Source: a virus. Taken from it: a stretch of 64,000 nucleotides of DNA. Positions 19,366 to 29,748 of the stretch are shown here, in pieces (the stretch's first letter is position 1; every line of letters begins with the position of its first letter). Where the stretch lies: the IMG/VR virus record IMGVR_UViG_3300035670_000069, positions 32,001-96,000 of that record, one strand, 5' to 3'. A program made the translations under genes and the position numbers. The notes under the pieces are model-generated. The model did no database searches. It was not told the origin of the DNA and saw only the letters and a list, made by a program, of their open reading frames with translations.

Positions 19366-22300
19366 ATGAACTACGTCCCATTACATTTACATACTCACTT
19401 TTCATTATTCGATGGTATTGGGTTGCCATCTGAATATGTTGAACGTGCTACAAAGTTGGGCATGCCTGCAATAGCGATTACTGATCATGGCTCACTTTCT
19501 GGTCATAGAGAAATGTATCGTGTTGCTAAATCTAATGGGATAAAGCCTATTCTTGGCATAGAAGGGTACATGTGCGAAGATAGATTTGATCAGCGAGATA
19601 AAGCAGATCGAACTACTCCACTTGATATGGTTTATAATCATATTATCCTTCTTGCCAAGAATAAACAGGGATTAGAAAATCTTAATAAATTAAATGAAAT
19701 AGCATGGACAGAAGGCTATTATAAAAAACCAAGAATAGATTTTGAGATTCTCTCAAAGTATAAAGAAGGAATTATTGTTTCATCTGCTTGCCCAAGTGGA
19801 ATTATTGCCAAGTCAATCGAACTTGGCGAACTTGGCATGGCAAAAAAATATATTAAATGGTTTAAAGAAGAGTTTGGCGATGACTATTACCTTGAGGTAA
19901 TGCCACACAATAATGAATCAATAAATAGTACCATATTACAACTAGCAGACGAGTTTAAGATTAAGCCTATAGTTACTCCAGACTGCCACCATGTTGATTC
20001 ATCACAAAAAGAAATACAAGAATTAAAATTAATTCTAAATACTTATTCTAATAAGATTCAAAAAGATGCTACATATGAGAAGTCGAAAAAGCAAGGGGAT
20101 CTAATGAAACGCCTTGACTATCTATATGGTGCAGATAGGCAAATGTCATTTAATAAGTTTGATATTCATTTGTTGTCATATGAAGAAATCCAGGCTGCTA
20201 TGGAAAAACAAGCAATTTTCAGAACAGATATTTACGAAAACACAATTGACCTTGCCAACAAGATTGAAGACTATGATATTAAAGATAATCTAAATCTATT
20301 ACCTGTTCAATACAAAAATCCAGACAAGCAATTGTCAGATCTTGCTTATCAAGGATTAAAAGATAAAGGCCTTGCAGATAATAAAGAATATATAGATAGG
20401 CTTGAAGAAGAACTAAAGGTTATCAAAGATAAAAAATTTGGTCCATACTTTCTTGTTGTTCAAAGTATGATATCTTGGGCTAAAAAAGAGGGGATTATGG
20501 TAGGCCCAGGCCGTGGATCGTCTGCTGGATCCTTGCTCTGCTACACCCTTGGAATTACAGATATTGATCCAATAGAGAACGGTCTTTTGTTTTTTCGATT
20601 TATTAACCCAGAGCGTAATGACTTTCCTGATATTGATACAGACATTCAAGATACACGTCGTGATGAAGTAAAAGACTACTTAATAAGACAGTACAAGCAT
20701 GTTGCTTCTATTGCAACATTTTTAGAATTTAAAGATAAAGGCGTAGTGCGAGATGTTGCTCGTGCTTTAAATATTCCATTGGCAGATGTTAACAAGGTTC
20801 TTAAGTTGGTTGACACTTGGGATGAATACTGCACTTCAAAAACAACTGCATGGTTTAGAGAGAAATATCCAGAGGTAGAACAATATGGAGAACAATTACG
20901 TGGTCGTATTAGAGGTACTGGCATACACGCTGCTGGTGTTGTCACTAGTAAAAATCCTATTTTTAGGTACGCACCGTTGGAGACACGCTCTTCTCCTGGT
21001 TCCGATGACCGCATACCTGTTGTGGCGGTGGACATGGAAGAGGCTGAAAAAATCGGGCTTATCAAGATAGATGCCCTTGGTCTTAAGACTCTTAGTGTTA
21101 TTAATGATACATTAAAAATTATTAAAGAAAGAGAGGGCACATCTATAGACTTGCTTAATATAGATATGTCTGATCAAAAGGTTTATCAAATGCTTTCAGA
21201 AGGATATACAAAGGGAGTCTTTCAGTGTGAAGCAACACCATATACCAACCTTTTGGTAAAGATGGGCGTAAAGAGTTTAGCAGAACTTTCAGCATCAAAT
21301 GCGCTTGTTCGTCCAGGAGCAATGAATACTATTGGGAAAGACTATATTGATCGTAAGCACGGCAGACAGGCGGTAAATTACCTTCATCAGACCATGAAGC
21401 CTTTCACAGAAGAAACATATGGGTGTATCCTATACCAAGAGCAGGTTATGCAGGCTTGCGTCGAGTTGGGAGGGATGTCTTGGTCTGAAGCCGATAAGGT
21501 TCGTAAGATTATTGGTAAAAAGAAAGATGCGAGAGAATTTGATGCGTTCCAGGAACAGTTTGTTAAAGGTGCTTCTAGGTTTATTAGTCCTAACCAGGCT
21601 CGTGATTTATGGCATGACTTTGAAGCGCATGCGGGATATTCGTTCAACAAGAGTCATGCGGTTGCTTATTCTACGCTCTCGTATTGGACGGCATGGCTAA
21701 AATACTATTATCCAATTGAGTTTATGTATTCACTATTAAAAAATGAAAAGGACAAAGATGCACGAACTGAATATCTTATTGAAGCGAAAAGAATGGGGAT
21801 TAGCATTAAACTACCTCATGTTAATGATTCGGATATTGATTTTAAGATTGAGGGTAAAGGTATTCGGTTTGGACTCTCAGGGATCAAGTTTATCTCTGAT
21901 AAGATTGCAGAACGATATATATCAGCACGACCTTTTAAGTCTTTTGAGGAACTTAGAGAGTTTACATTCACAAAAGGTAATGGAGTAAACAGCAGAGCCT
22001 TAGAAGCATTGAGACTTATAGGTGCTGCAACATTTCCAGATAATCCAAGAAATGATAATGAAATTAGAGATAATCTATATGAGTATCTAGGATTACCTGA
22101 ATTTACTCAAACTGTTCCATCACACTATCATGCATTTATTAATCCAGTAGAAGATTTCGAAGAAAAAGGTTCGTTTATTCTTATGGGTATGGTTAAGGGA
22201 ATTAAACGAGGCAAGGGTTGGTCTCGTGTAGAGATATTAGATAAGACTGGAAGCATAGGAGTATTTGATGAAGAGCAAACAACAATTGAGGCTGGACGAA

Positions 22301-22641
22301 GTTATATTGCACTCTGTTCTGATAATAGAATTGTTAGTGCTGTTCCTGTAGATGAAATAAAAGGATCAGACTCTGCCTTAATTAAATTCTTAAATTATAG
22401 AATGTTGCCATACAAAGACGATGAACTTTTTGTGGTATCATTTAAGCCTAGAATAACTAAAGCAGGAAAGAAGATGGCTTCATTAACATTAGCAGATACA
22501 TCAAGAGAACTTCATCCTGTAACTGTATTTCCTACAGCATTTGCTAAAGCATATATGAAAATTGAAGAGGGTAATGCATATAAATTTGAATTAGGAAAAA
22601 CAAAAGACGGAACTGTTATATTGGAGGATATAAATGTTTGA
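19366..22641 (+). CDS. dnaE: DNA polymerase III alpha subunit (family C)
   Basis: PHP HLHTHFSLFDG/TDHG, GRGSSAGS, FPDIDTD, HAAGVV, GYSFNKSH. Confidence 0.97.
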   Translation: MNYVPLHLHTHFSLFDGIGLPSEYVERATKLGMPAIAITDHGSLSGHREMYRVAKSNGIKPILGIEGYMCEDRFDQRDKADRTTPLDMVYNHIILLAKNKQGLENLNKLNEIAWTEGYYKKPRIDFEILSKYKEGIIVSSACPSGIIAKSIELGELGMAKKYIKWFKEEFGDDYYLEVMPHNNESINSTILQLADEFKIKPIVTPDCHHVDSSQKEIQELKLILNTYSNKIQKDATYEKSKKQGDLMKRLDYLYGADRQMSFNKFDIHLLSYEEIQAAMEKQAIFRTDIYENTIDLANKIEDYDIKDNLNLLPVQYKNPDKQLSDLAYQGLKDKGLADNKEYIDRLEEELKVIKDKKFGPYFLVVQSMISWAKKEGIMVGPGRGSSAGSLLCYTLGITDIDPIENGLLFFRFINPERNDFPDIDTDIQDTRRDEVKDYLIRQYKHVASIATFLEFKDKGVVRDVARALNIPLADVNKVLKLVDTWDEYCTSKTTAWFREKYPEVEQYGEQLRGRIRGTGIHAAGVVTSKNPIFRYAPLETRSSPGSDDRIPVVAVDMEEAEKIGLIKIDALGLKTLSVINDTLKIIKEREGTSIDLLNIDMSDQKVYQMLSEGYTKGVFQCEATPYTNLLVKMGVKSLAELSASNALVRPGAMNTIGKDYIDRKHGRQAVNYLHQTMKPFTEETYGCILYQEQVMQACVELGGMSWSEADKVRKIIGKKKDAREFDAFQEQFVKGASRFISPNQARDLWHDFEAHAGYSFNKSHAVAYSTLSYWTAWLKYYYPIEFMYSLLKNEKDKDARTEYLIEAKRMGISIKLPHVNDSDIDFKIEGKGIRFGLSGIKFISDKIAERYISARPFKSFEELREFTFTKGNGVNSRALEALRLIGAATFPDNPRNDNEIRDNLYEYLGLPEFTQTVPSHYHAFINPVEDFEEKGSFILMGMVKGIKRGKGWSRVEILDKTGSIGVFDEEQTTIEAGRSYIALCSDNRIVSAVPVDEIKGSDSALIKFLNYRMLPYKDDELFVVSFKPRITKAGKKMASLTLADTSRELHPVTVFPTAFAKAYMKIEEGNAYKFELGKTKDGTVILEDINV

Positions 22642-22951
22642 TGAGTTGGCAGAAGAAATACATAAAAACGCTATAGATAAAGGATTTTGGGATAGAACTG
22701 TAGATCCAATTTTTATAGCAAAACAGATGATGATGATTGTTTCTGAGGTATCAGAGGCAATGGAAGCGCTTCGTAAGGAGATGGATCCAGAGCAAATATC
22801 AGATGAGTTTGCAGATATTCTTATCCGTACCTTAGATTTATACGCAGGCATAGCAGAAGCAGGGTATGTAACAAAATCATTAGACTATGCAGTAAAAGAA
22901 AAGATGGAGAAGAACTCTAAAAGACCAATGAGGCATGGGGTGAGATTCTAA
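22634..22951 (+). CDS. MazG-like NTP pyrophosphohydrolase
   Basis: SEVSEAMEALRK...DEFADILIR. Confidence 0.8.
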   Translation: MFDELAEEIHKNAIDKGFWDRTVDPIFIAKQMMMIVSEVSEAMEALRKEMDPEQISDEFADILIRTLDLYAGIAEAGYVTKSLDYAVKEKMEKNSKRPMRHGVRF

Positions 22952-23964
22952 TGACAGTTTCAGTAGAAGATGTAATTGCTCAACTTAATCCAAAGTTAAG
23001 AAAAAGCATATTAGTTGGAGATGCTGTTCCTAAAACAGAGTATGCTCCAACGCCAAGTTATGGATTAAATAGAGCACTAAATGGTGGTCTTCCGTATGGA
23101 CGCCAAGTTCTTATTTGGGGAAGCAAATCTAGCGCAAAGTCTTCTCTATGTTTGCAAACAATAGGTCTCGCACAAAAAGAAGGAAAGATCTGCGCTTGGA
23201 TTGATGCAGAAATGTCTTATGACAAAGCATGGGCAGAAAGTCTTGGCGTTGACACCTCAAAGTTAATTGTTTCACAGGCAAGAACAATTAATGAGATGGT
23301 TGAGGTTGGGGTTAGTTTAATCGAGGCGGGAGTAGATATAATTGTTATTGATTCTATAACATCACTGCTTCCAGCGATATATTTTGAAAAAGATTCTGAT
23401 GAATTAAAGGCTCTTGAAAACACAAAACAGATTGGCGCAGAATCTAGAGATTTTAGTAATGCTTGGAAAATGCTTAACTATGCAAATAATAAAGTTAAGC
23501 CTACACTATTAATACTTATTTCTCAGTCTCGTAATAATATTAATGCAATGTATACTAGCCAGCAACCAACTGGTGGTCAGGCTACAAAGTTTTACTCATC
23601 TACAGTTGTTAAGTTGTTTTCTTCTGAATCAGATAACCAAGCCTTGAAGGGAAAGATATATGTTGGCGACAAGGCTATTGAAGAAAAGGTTGGAAGAAAA
23701 GTTAGATGGGAACTCCAGTTTAGTAAAACCAGTCCTGCCTTTCAGTCTGGTGAATATGATTTCTATTTTAGAGGCGATAACCTGGGCATCGATGGGGTCG
23801 CTGATCTTGTTGATACTGCTGAGTTAATGGGTATAGTTGAACGTACTGGCGCTTGGTATTTGCTTCCAGATGGCTCAAAGGTTCAGGGTAGAGAAGGATT
23901 TGTCAATAGAGTAAGAGAGGACCTTGATCTACAAGACATGATTAAGAACAAAATCAGTGGATAA
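22951..23964 (+). CDS. recA: RecA-like recombinase
   Basis: GGLPYGR, GSKSSAKSS, WIDAE, VIDSI, TGGQATKFYSS, GAWY. Confidence 0.92.
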   Translation: MTVSVEDVIAQLNPKLRKSILVGDAVPKTEYAPTPSYGLNRALNGGLPYGRQVLIWGSKSSAKSSLCLQTIGLAQKEGKICAWIDAEMSYDKAWAESLGVDTSKLIVSQARTINEMVEVGVSLIEAGVDIIVIDSITSLLPAIYFEKDSDELKALENTKQIGAESRDFSNAWKMLNYANNKVKPTLLILISQSRNNINAMYTSQQPTGGQATKFYSSTVVKLFSSESDNQALKGKIYVGDKAIEEKVGRKVRWELQFSKTSPAFQSGEYDFYFRGDNLGIDGVADLVDTAELMGIVERTGAWYLLPDGSKVQGREGFVNRVREDLDLQDMIKNKISG

Positions 23965-24142
23965 GTATACAATTTACGAAGGTCAGTTTCCTTGTAAAGT
24001 ATGTAAGAAAGAGGTTAGAACAATAAGACTGTATGCAAAAACTGGAATGGCTTCTTGGATGTGTCCAGACAAACATTTATCAGAGGTGTTATTATTTAAA
24101 GTAGGTTATAAAAAGAAGCAGGGCAATGAGCGAAAAGAGTGA
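23957..24142 (+). CDS. small zinc-binding protein
   Basis: CKVC ... CPDKH. Confidence 0.55.
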   Translation: MDKYTIYEGQFPCKVCKKEVRTIRLYAKTGMASWMCPDKHLSEVLLFKVGYKKKQGNERKE

Positions 24143-24425
24143 AAGTAAAAGATTAGGTGCTAGTCAGCATAAAAACTCTGGAAGAAATACCAAAAAGGGT
24201 GATGCTACTTGGCAAAACTTTACTGTAGATTTTAAAGAAGTCAAAAAATCATTTACCATTAATCAAGACATATGGGCAAAAGCAGTTACTGATGCAATTA
24301 AAAATAATAATGATCCAGCAGTAGTTTTAATTATTGGGGAGGGTAACAAAAAAATTAGACTTGCACTTTTAGAATTAGACTTATTAGAAAATATTTTGGG
24401 GTATAATAATGTATATGATAAATAA
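24126..24425 (+). CDS. Holliday junction resolvase-like PD-(D/E)xK nuclease
   Basis: E...KNSG...KGD...VDFKE motif pattern. Confidence 0.6.
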   Translation: MSEKSESKRLGASQHKNSGRNTKKGDATWQNFTVDFKEVKKSFTINQDIWAKAVTDAIKNNNDPAVVLIIGEGNKKIRLALLELDLLENILGYNNVYDK

Positions 24426-25035
24426 TAAACTTAAAGATGTTTTTACGAAAAATGAAAGGGCTGAGATTTATTCCTCTATTAATAAAGAGTTGTCCTCAAG
24501 AGAAACTGTAGAGTGGGATGATGCCTCAATGGGGGGGACTCACAAAGAAAACCTTATAAGAATTAAAAGAAAAGGACTGGGCAGACTAGAGATTAACAAT
24601 CTTCCATTGCCAAATACAATTATTCAAAAAATATTTAGAATAAGCCAACAAATTTATCAGTTGGATGTTTCATACCCTAAAAATATAAGTGGAATTACCT
24701 ATGTAGAATATAATCCAAAATATGGAGAGCCAGTTTTAAATGTTCATAAAGATAACGGCACATGCGGATTAATATTAGACTATCAATTAGAATCTAATAC
24801 ATCCTGGGAATTCGGAGTAGAAAAAACGCTTTATACTCTAGAAGATAATGAATTAATTGCAATGTACCCAATAACTCATTATCATTGGAGACCAAAAAAG
24901 GTTTGGAACGAGGGCGAATATATAAAATTAATATTTTTTGAATTCTTTACTCCAAAATTAGAAAAGTTAGAAGATGAAAGTTTAAAAAATGAAATTATAA
25001 ACTTTTCAAAGGAGTACTTACAAAATGAATTATAA
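24415..25035 (+). CDS. 2OG-Fe(II) oxygenase, array copy 1
   Basis: LNVHKD...LDYQLESNTSW...HYHWRP; TATAAT 7 nt before ATG 24415. Confidence 0.7.
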   Translation: MINNKLKDVFTKNERAEIYSSINKELSSRETVEWDDASMGGTHKENLIRIKRKGLGRLEINNLPLPNTIIQKIFRISQQIYQLDVSYPKNISGITYVEYNPKYGEPVLNVHKDNGTCGLILDYQLESNTSWEFGVEKTLYTLEDNELIAMYPITHYHWRPKKVWNEGEYIKLIFFEFFTPKLEKLEDESLKNEIINFSKEYLQNEL

Positions 25036-25681
25036 TGAATTTAAAAAAGACTCTGGTTTTGTAGAAAATGAAAACTTTAATCCTATTATTGTTAAAGATA
25101 TTTTTTCTGCAGATCAAATTAAAAGAATATATGATGCAGTTAATAATACCAAAATTGAAAATACTCATTTACAAAAATGGGCAGGACACAGGGCTTGGGA
25201 TACAAAATTTGATAAAGATATTGAAGACTCTATAACTGAAAAAGCAAAAGAGCATTTTGGAGATAATATATCGCTGTGCGGAGACTATTCATTTGCAAGA
25301 TATTCTCCAAGTTACGGATATGTATGTAAATTATTTCCACATTATGATACAAGAGACTACCAAAGAATTACATTTGACATTCAGTTAAATGCCTCAGAAG
25401 AATGGGCTATTGTTGTTGAGGGCAATCGTTATGTTCTTGAAAACAATCAAGCCTTAATGTTTGCTGGAACACAGCAGATACATTGGCGAGAGAACAAGCA
25501 AATTAACCAGGAGGCTTCTATAGACATGATATTTTGTCATCTTCAGTATGTTCCAAACAAAGAAATAGAAAATGGGCAAAATGAAATTTTAACAAAAAGG
25601 GCTAACTTTTTAATAGAAGAAACAGGCATTTCAAATGAAGAAATTGAAATAGGGTATAATATACTAGGAGGCAAATTATGA
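25025..25681 (+). CDS. 2OG-Fe(II) oxygenase, array copy 2
   Basis: LFPHYD...TFDIQLN...W...QIHWRE. Confidence 0.72.
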   Translation: MNYNEFKKDSGFVENENFNPIIVKDIFSADQIKRIYDAVNNTKIENTHLQKWAGHRAWDTKFDKDIEDSITEKAKEHFGDNISLCGDYSFARYSPSYGYVCKLFPHYDTRDYQRITFDIQLNASEEWAIVVEGNRYVLENNQALMFAGTQQIHWRENKQINQEASIDMIFCHLQYVPNKEIENGQNEILTKRANFLIEETGISNEEIEIGYNILGGKL

Positions 25682-26292
25682 AATATGATGAAATAAATAC
25701 AGTAGTTGAGCAAGTTTTTACCAGTGATGAAATTAGTGATATCTATAAGGCAATAGAGAATAATGTTGGGGGAGACTTTGTAAAAGTACATTCTCAAGCC
25801 AATACATTTATTTCTTTACCAGAAAATATATTAAATAAGGTTAGAGATAAATCAAGAGAACTTTCAGGAAATAACAATTTAGAAATAACCGAATATTGTC
25901 ATGCAAGATATAACAATGTTACAAGTAATTGTGGACAGTTTCATTTTAAGCCATCCTTGTTCCCACACTATGATGAAACATTTAAGCAGCCTAGATTTAC
26001 TTTTGACTATCAACTTAATTCAAATATAGACTGGGCTTTAGTTGTTGAACCAGATAAAGAGTTTATCTTAAAAGATAACGAGGCTCTAACATTTAGCGGG
26101 ACACATCAAATACATTGGAGAAAACCTACACATTTTGAAGATGATCAATATGTAGAGATGTTATTCTTTCATTTATCTGATCCAAACTCTGGACCCAAGG
26201 GCGAGGATGTAAATAAAATTATGAATGAAAAAGCAAATTATTATAAAGAAATATTTTATGCAAATGGTGGATTTAGTAATTTGGATAAATAA
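25678..26292 (+). CDS. 2OG-Fe(II) oxygenase, array copy 3
   Basis: LFPHYD...TFDYQLNSNIDW...QIHWRK. Confidence 0.72.
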   Translation: MKYDEINTVVEQVFTSDEISDIYKAIENNVGGDFVKVHSQANTFISLPENILNKVRDKSRELSGNNNLEITEYCHARYNNVTSNCGQFHFKPSLFPHYDETFKQPRFTFDYQLNSNIDWALVVEPDKEFILKDNEALTFSGTHQIHWRKPTHFEDDQYVEMLFFHLSDPNSGPKGEDVNKIMNEKANYYKEIFYANGGFSNLDK

Positions 26293-26954
26293 TGAAAAAA
26301 TCAGCATTTGAGTATAAATATTTAAATGGTTCAAAAAATTTTAAAAAGCAGGTTCCATTTTATATTGATAACTTTTTAACAAATCAAGAAATTGTTGATT
26401 TAAAAAAAGCAATATTGGATGGCAAGGACACGTCTGTAAATAAAAATGGGACAGATTATGTTAACTTTATTTGCCCAGATAGCATTGAAAAAAAATCAAC
26501 TGAAATAGGAAATGACGTATATGATTTAGAATTAAAACTTTTACATAAATCATATATTGCGTATAAATATAATTCTGAACAAGAAACAATTTTGTCTCCA
26601 CACATAGATAATACAGAAAATATAATTACTATAGATTATTGCTTAGATACAAATATAGATTGGCCTATAACTATATGTGATATAGATAATAATTTTGATT
26701 GTAATGATTTTTCTATAAGGCCAAACCAAGCACTAGTTTTTAGCGGAATAAATCAGGTTCATTGGAGGCCAAAAAGAATTTTTTCTGAGGGCGAATTTTG
26801 CGACATTGTTGTTTTATCATTATCTTCTATAGAAGCGGATATAGAAAAAGATAACAATTCCAAAGTAAATCATGTTTTAAAATATTTAGAAATAAACAAA
26901 AGACCAGAAATAATTGATGCTTTTAAAAAATATAATGGGGGTAGCCTTGGCTGA
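26292..26954 (+). CDS. 2OG-Fe(II) oxygenase, array copy 4
   Basis: LSPHID...TIDYCLDTNIDW...QVHWRP. Confidence 0.72.
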   Translation: MKKSAFEYKYLNGSKNFKKQVPFYIDNFLTNQEIVDLKKAILDGKDTSVNKNGTDYVNFICPDSIEKKSTEIGNDVYDLELKLLHKSYIAYKYNSEQETILSPHIDNTENIITIDYCLDTNIDWPITICDIDNNFDCNDFSIRPNQALVFSGINQVHWRPKRIFSEGEFCDIVVLSLSSIEADIEKDNNSKVNHVLKYLEINKRPEIIDAFKKYNGGSLG

Positions 26955-27735
26955 ATTACACAAATACTTAACTGGGTTTGATCAATATAATAAGGATTTG
27001 CCATTTTATATTGATGATTTATTTTCAGAAGATCAGGCTACAAGAATTAAAAACTTGATAGAAAAAAATAGAAAAATTGAACCTTTTATAATTGGGGATA
27101 GAATTGAAGATGGTTATATTAGGACATCAACTTTTAGAAGTAGGTATCAGCCAAAAATTGCTAAAAATATGTCTAGAACATTGATTGAATTTGATATGCC
27201 AGAAGATTGTGAAAAACGACTAGATGAAATAGCAAAACCACTATATAAAGAAGATATAGCGCTATGTCATTGGAATTATATAGATTATAATTTAAAGTAT
27301 GGGTATGGAGACAACAGTCCAGCGCTTCCGCCACATTTAGATGCAGATGAAAATTTAGTAACAATAAATTATTGCCTTGACACTAATATAGAATGGGATT
27401 TGTATGTGGGGAACTGGAATGATACTGGGAATTTTACTAAATATACTTTGGGTGCAGGACAAACAATTGTATTTAGTGCTGTTAATCAAATTCACTGGAG
27501 ACCAAAACGTAAGTTTAAAGATGGTGAATTCTGTGAAATTATAAGCATGGATTATTGTAGACTAAGCAGTTATAGATTTACTGGAGAAAAAAATCCAATA
27601 GATCCAGAGCATTTTCCAGAAAAAAGAAAAGAATATTTGGATAAGTTACAGTCTAGGCCAGACATGATTTCTGCTTTTAATTTATGGAATTCCGAAGGAA
27701 TAAAAAATAACATACCTATAGAATCGATGGGATAA
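26947..27735 (+). CDS. 2OG-Fe(II) oxygenase, array copy 5
   Basis: LPPHLD...TINYCLDTNIEW...QIHWRP; likely TTG start 26947. Confidence 0.72.
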   Translation: MAELHKYLTGFDQYNKDLPFYIDDLFSEDQATRIKNLIEKNRKIEPFIIGDRIEDGYIRTSTFRSRYQPKIAKNMSRTLIEFDMPEDCEKRLDEIAKPLYKEDIALCHWNYIDYNLKYGYGDNSPALPPHLDADENLVTINYCLDTNIEWDLYVGNWNDTGNFTKYTLGAGQTIVFSAVNQIHWRPKRKFKDGEFCEIISMDYCRLSSYRFTGEKNPIDPEHFPEKRKEYLDKLQSRPDMISAFNLWNSEGIKNNIPIESMG

Positions 27736-28040
27736 TGGAAAATCAACAAACAACAATAGAAATGATTAATGGTTTATCTGAAATATCTGAGTATATGGAA
27801 GATGAAGAACTTACGTCAGCACTAACAACAATAGCAAAACTTATTTTAAAGCCAGACATTCCAATGAATGTAGCAACTCTTGAAATAGTTAGGCTTCAGG
27901 CAATTGCTGCAAAAATGTCACTAAAGGCTACGTGGATGGCTAATGTTGATAAAAGCAATAGGGGTAAAAAGAATATTTATTATACAGCAGCAGAGGCAAT
28001 TAATAATCTTGTATCTGCTCTTAAATACATCACTCGCTGA
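27735..28040 (+). CDS. hypothetical protein
   Basis: 101 aa helical, translationally coupled. Confidence 0.6.
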   Translation: MENQQTTIEMINGLSEISEYMEDEELTSALTTIAKLILKPDIPMNVATLEIVRLQAIAAKMSLKATWMANVDKSNRGKKNIYYTAAEAINNLVSALKYITR

Positions 28041-28044
28041 TTTC

Positions 28045-28053
28045 TGATATAAT
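28045..28053 (+). promoter_or_regulatory. extended -10 TGaTATAAT
   Basis: intergenic, upstream of SD aagga and ATG 28076. Confidence 0.65.
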
Positions 28054-28075
28054 AGTTAAAACTTAAAGGATACTT

Positions 28076-28936
28076 ATGACAAAAAACTTGTTAAAAGAAG
28101 TAATGATTAAAAAAGAAAAGAAGCCAGAAATTGTCAAGCATGAAGTGTTTGATGTAGAAGGAATGATTGAAAAAATACAGTCTGGATACCTTGTTGGGCG
28201 TGAGCCAAAACAAGAAAAAAAGAAAACCTTTGCTCCATCAACTTTGGCGTACGGCCAAGGAGAATGTCCTAGATATTGGTATTTAGCATTTGAAGGTGGA
28301 ATGTTTGAGAAAAATGACACACCATATGGCGTAGCCAATATGACTTCTGGAACATTATCTCATGACAGGATTCAGGATGCTATGCTTAAATCTGGCATAG
28401 CAAAATCTTTCTTGGATGAGAAAGAAACAGAAAAGCAGGGTAAAGAGGTTTATACTACAGAGTTTAAGGTTATAAATAATGATCCACCAATCTTTGGATA
28501 TGGCGATGCTATGATCCTGTGGAATGATGAAGAGATTGTTGGAGAAATTAAAACAATGCCTAATGATGCATTCGAATATTTTAAAACTGTACAAAAGCCT
28601 AAAAAGGGTCATGTTATTCAGTTATTAATATATATGAAGGTATTAGATAAAGCAAAAGGTGTTTTAATTTATGAAAATAAAAATAATCATGAATTATTAA
28701 CATTTCCAATACAAGTAAACAGTCACTATATTCGGTGGGTAAATCAAACATTTGACTGGTTGCGTGAGACAAGAAAGGCATGGGTTGACAAAACCTTGCC
28801 CAAGAAAAATTATAGATCTAATTCAAAGGTCTGTAAGGTATGTCCATTGCAACAGGCATGTGCTGATGCTGGGGACGGAACTATAAAAATCAAATCCCTG
28901 GAGCCACTAGAAGATGAAACATTGCCAATGGTGTGA
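28076..28936 (+). CDS. Cas4-like / PD-(D/E)xK exonuclease
   Basis: PS...CPR, GYGD, GEIKT, QLLIY, C-terminal CxxC...C (Fe-S-type Cys set). Confidence 0.8.
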   Translation: MTKNLLKEVMIKKEKKPEIVKHEVFDVEGMIEKIQSGYLVGREPKQEKKKTFAPSTLAYGQGECPRYWYLAFEGGMFEKNDTPYGVANMTSGTLSHDRIQDAMLKSGIAKSFLDEKETEKQGKEVYTTEFKVINNDPPIFGYGDAMILWNDEEIVGEIKTMPNDAFEYFKTVQKPKKGHVIQLLIYMKVLDKAKGVLIYENKNNHELLTFPIQVNSHYIRWVNQTFDWLRETRKAWVDKTLPKKNYRSNSKVCKVCPLQQACADAGDGTIKIKSLEPLEDETLPMV

Positions 28937-29204
28937 TAAAGAGTTTGAATCAAAGATATCTTATCAGATCTATTGTTCTGAAGAATGCAGAGATGCTGCA
29001 ACTAAAGAAAAAATAGCACAAAGGTATATTCAAACAAGAAGGCAAAAACGAAAGGGAAAGCATAGGGTTTGCAAACAATGTGGAGAAAAATTGTCTATAT
29101 ATAATGACGATCCACTATGCGTTAAATGTAATATTCATCCAGGAGACGTAAAAAAAGCATTAAAAGAAATAAAAGGAATGACAAATGCTAAACGAAAAAA
29201 GTGA
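28914..29204 (+). CDS. zinc-finger protein
   Basis: CQWC, YCSEEC, CKQC, CVKC. Confidence 0.65.
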   Translation: MKHCQWCDKEFESKISYQIYCSEECRDAATKEKIAQRYIQTRRQKRKGKHRVCKQCGEKLSIYNDDPLCVKCNIHPGDVKKALKEIKGMTNAKRKK

Positions 29205-29748
29205 AATATATAATATTTGTGCAATAGATGCAAGCACAAATAGTTTAGCCTTTGCTATTTATTCTCACGGCAAGTTAGCAAAATATGGAAAGATAAACTT
29301 TGAAGGCAAAGATGTATACGAAAAAATAATTGACGCATGCAAAAAATCTAAAGCACTGTTTACTTATTATAATTGCATGCAGGCTATAGTAATTGAGCAT
29401 ACTGTTTTTATGAATTCCCCCAAAACAGCAGCAGACCTAGCACTTGTTCAAGGTGCAATTCTTGGAGGTGCTGGTATGGCGGGGATTAATAAAATAGGCA
29501 AGGTCTCGCCAATAACCTGGCAAAGTTATCTGGGTAACAAAAAATTAACTAAAGAAGAACAATTACAGATAAGGTCCGCCAACCCAGGCAAATCTATTTC
29601 TTGGTATAAAACCTACGAAAGAGATTTTAGAAAGAAAAGAACCATCAAGTTATTAGATATTATTTATGATAAAAAAATAGATGACTATGACGTAGCAGAC
29701 GCCTGCGGTATAGGTCATTGGGCAGTCAATAATTTGGAGAAGGCATGA
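29185..29748 (+). CDS. ruvC: RuvC-like resolvase
   Basis: AIDAS, IVIE, DVADACGIG acidic catalytic set. Confidence 0.75.
   Translation: MLNEKSEIYNICAIDASTNSLAFAIYSHGKLAKYGKINFEGKDVYEKIIDACKKSKALFTYYNCMQAIVIEHTVFMNSPKTAADLALVQGAILGGAGMAGINKIGKVSPITWQSYLGNKKLTKEEQLQIRSANPGKSISWYKTYERDFRKKRTIKLLDIIYDKKIDDYDVADACGIGHWAVNNLEKA

Noticed and set aside
28076-28936. Cas4-like gene as sign of CRISPR-Cas
   Set aside because: No repeat-spacer array or other cas gene seen; solo Cas4-like nucleases are common in phage recombination modules.
29185-29748. RuvC-like protein as TnpB/Cas12-type effector
   Set aside because: Only 187 aa, no zinc finger or REC/WED regions, no adjacent non-coding space.
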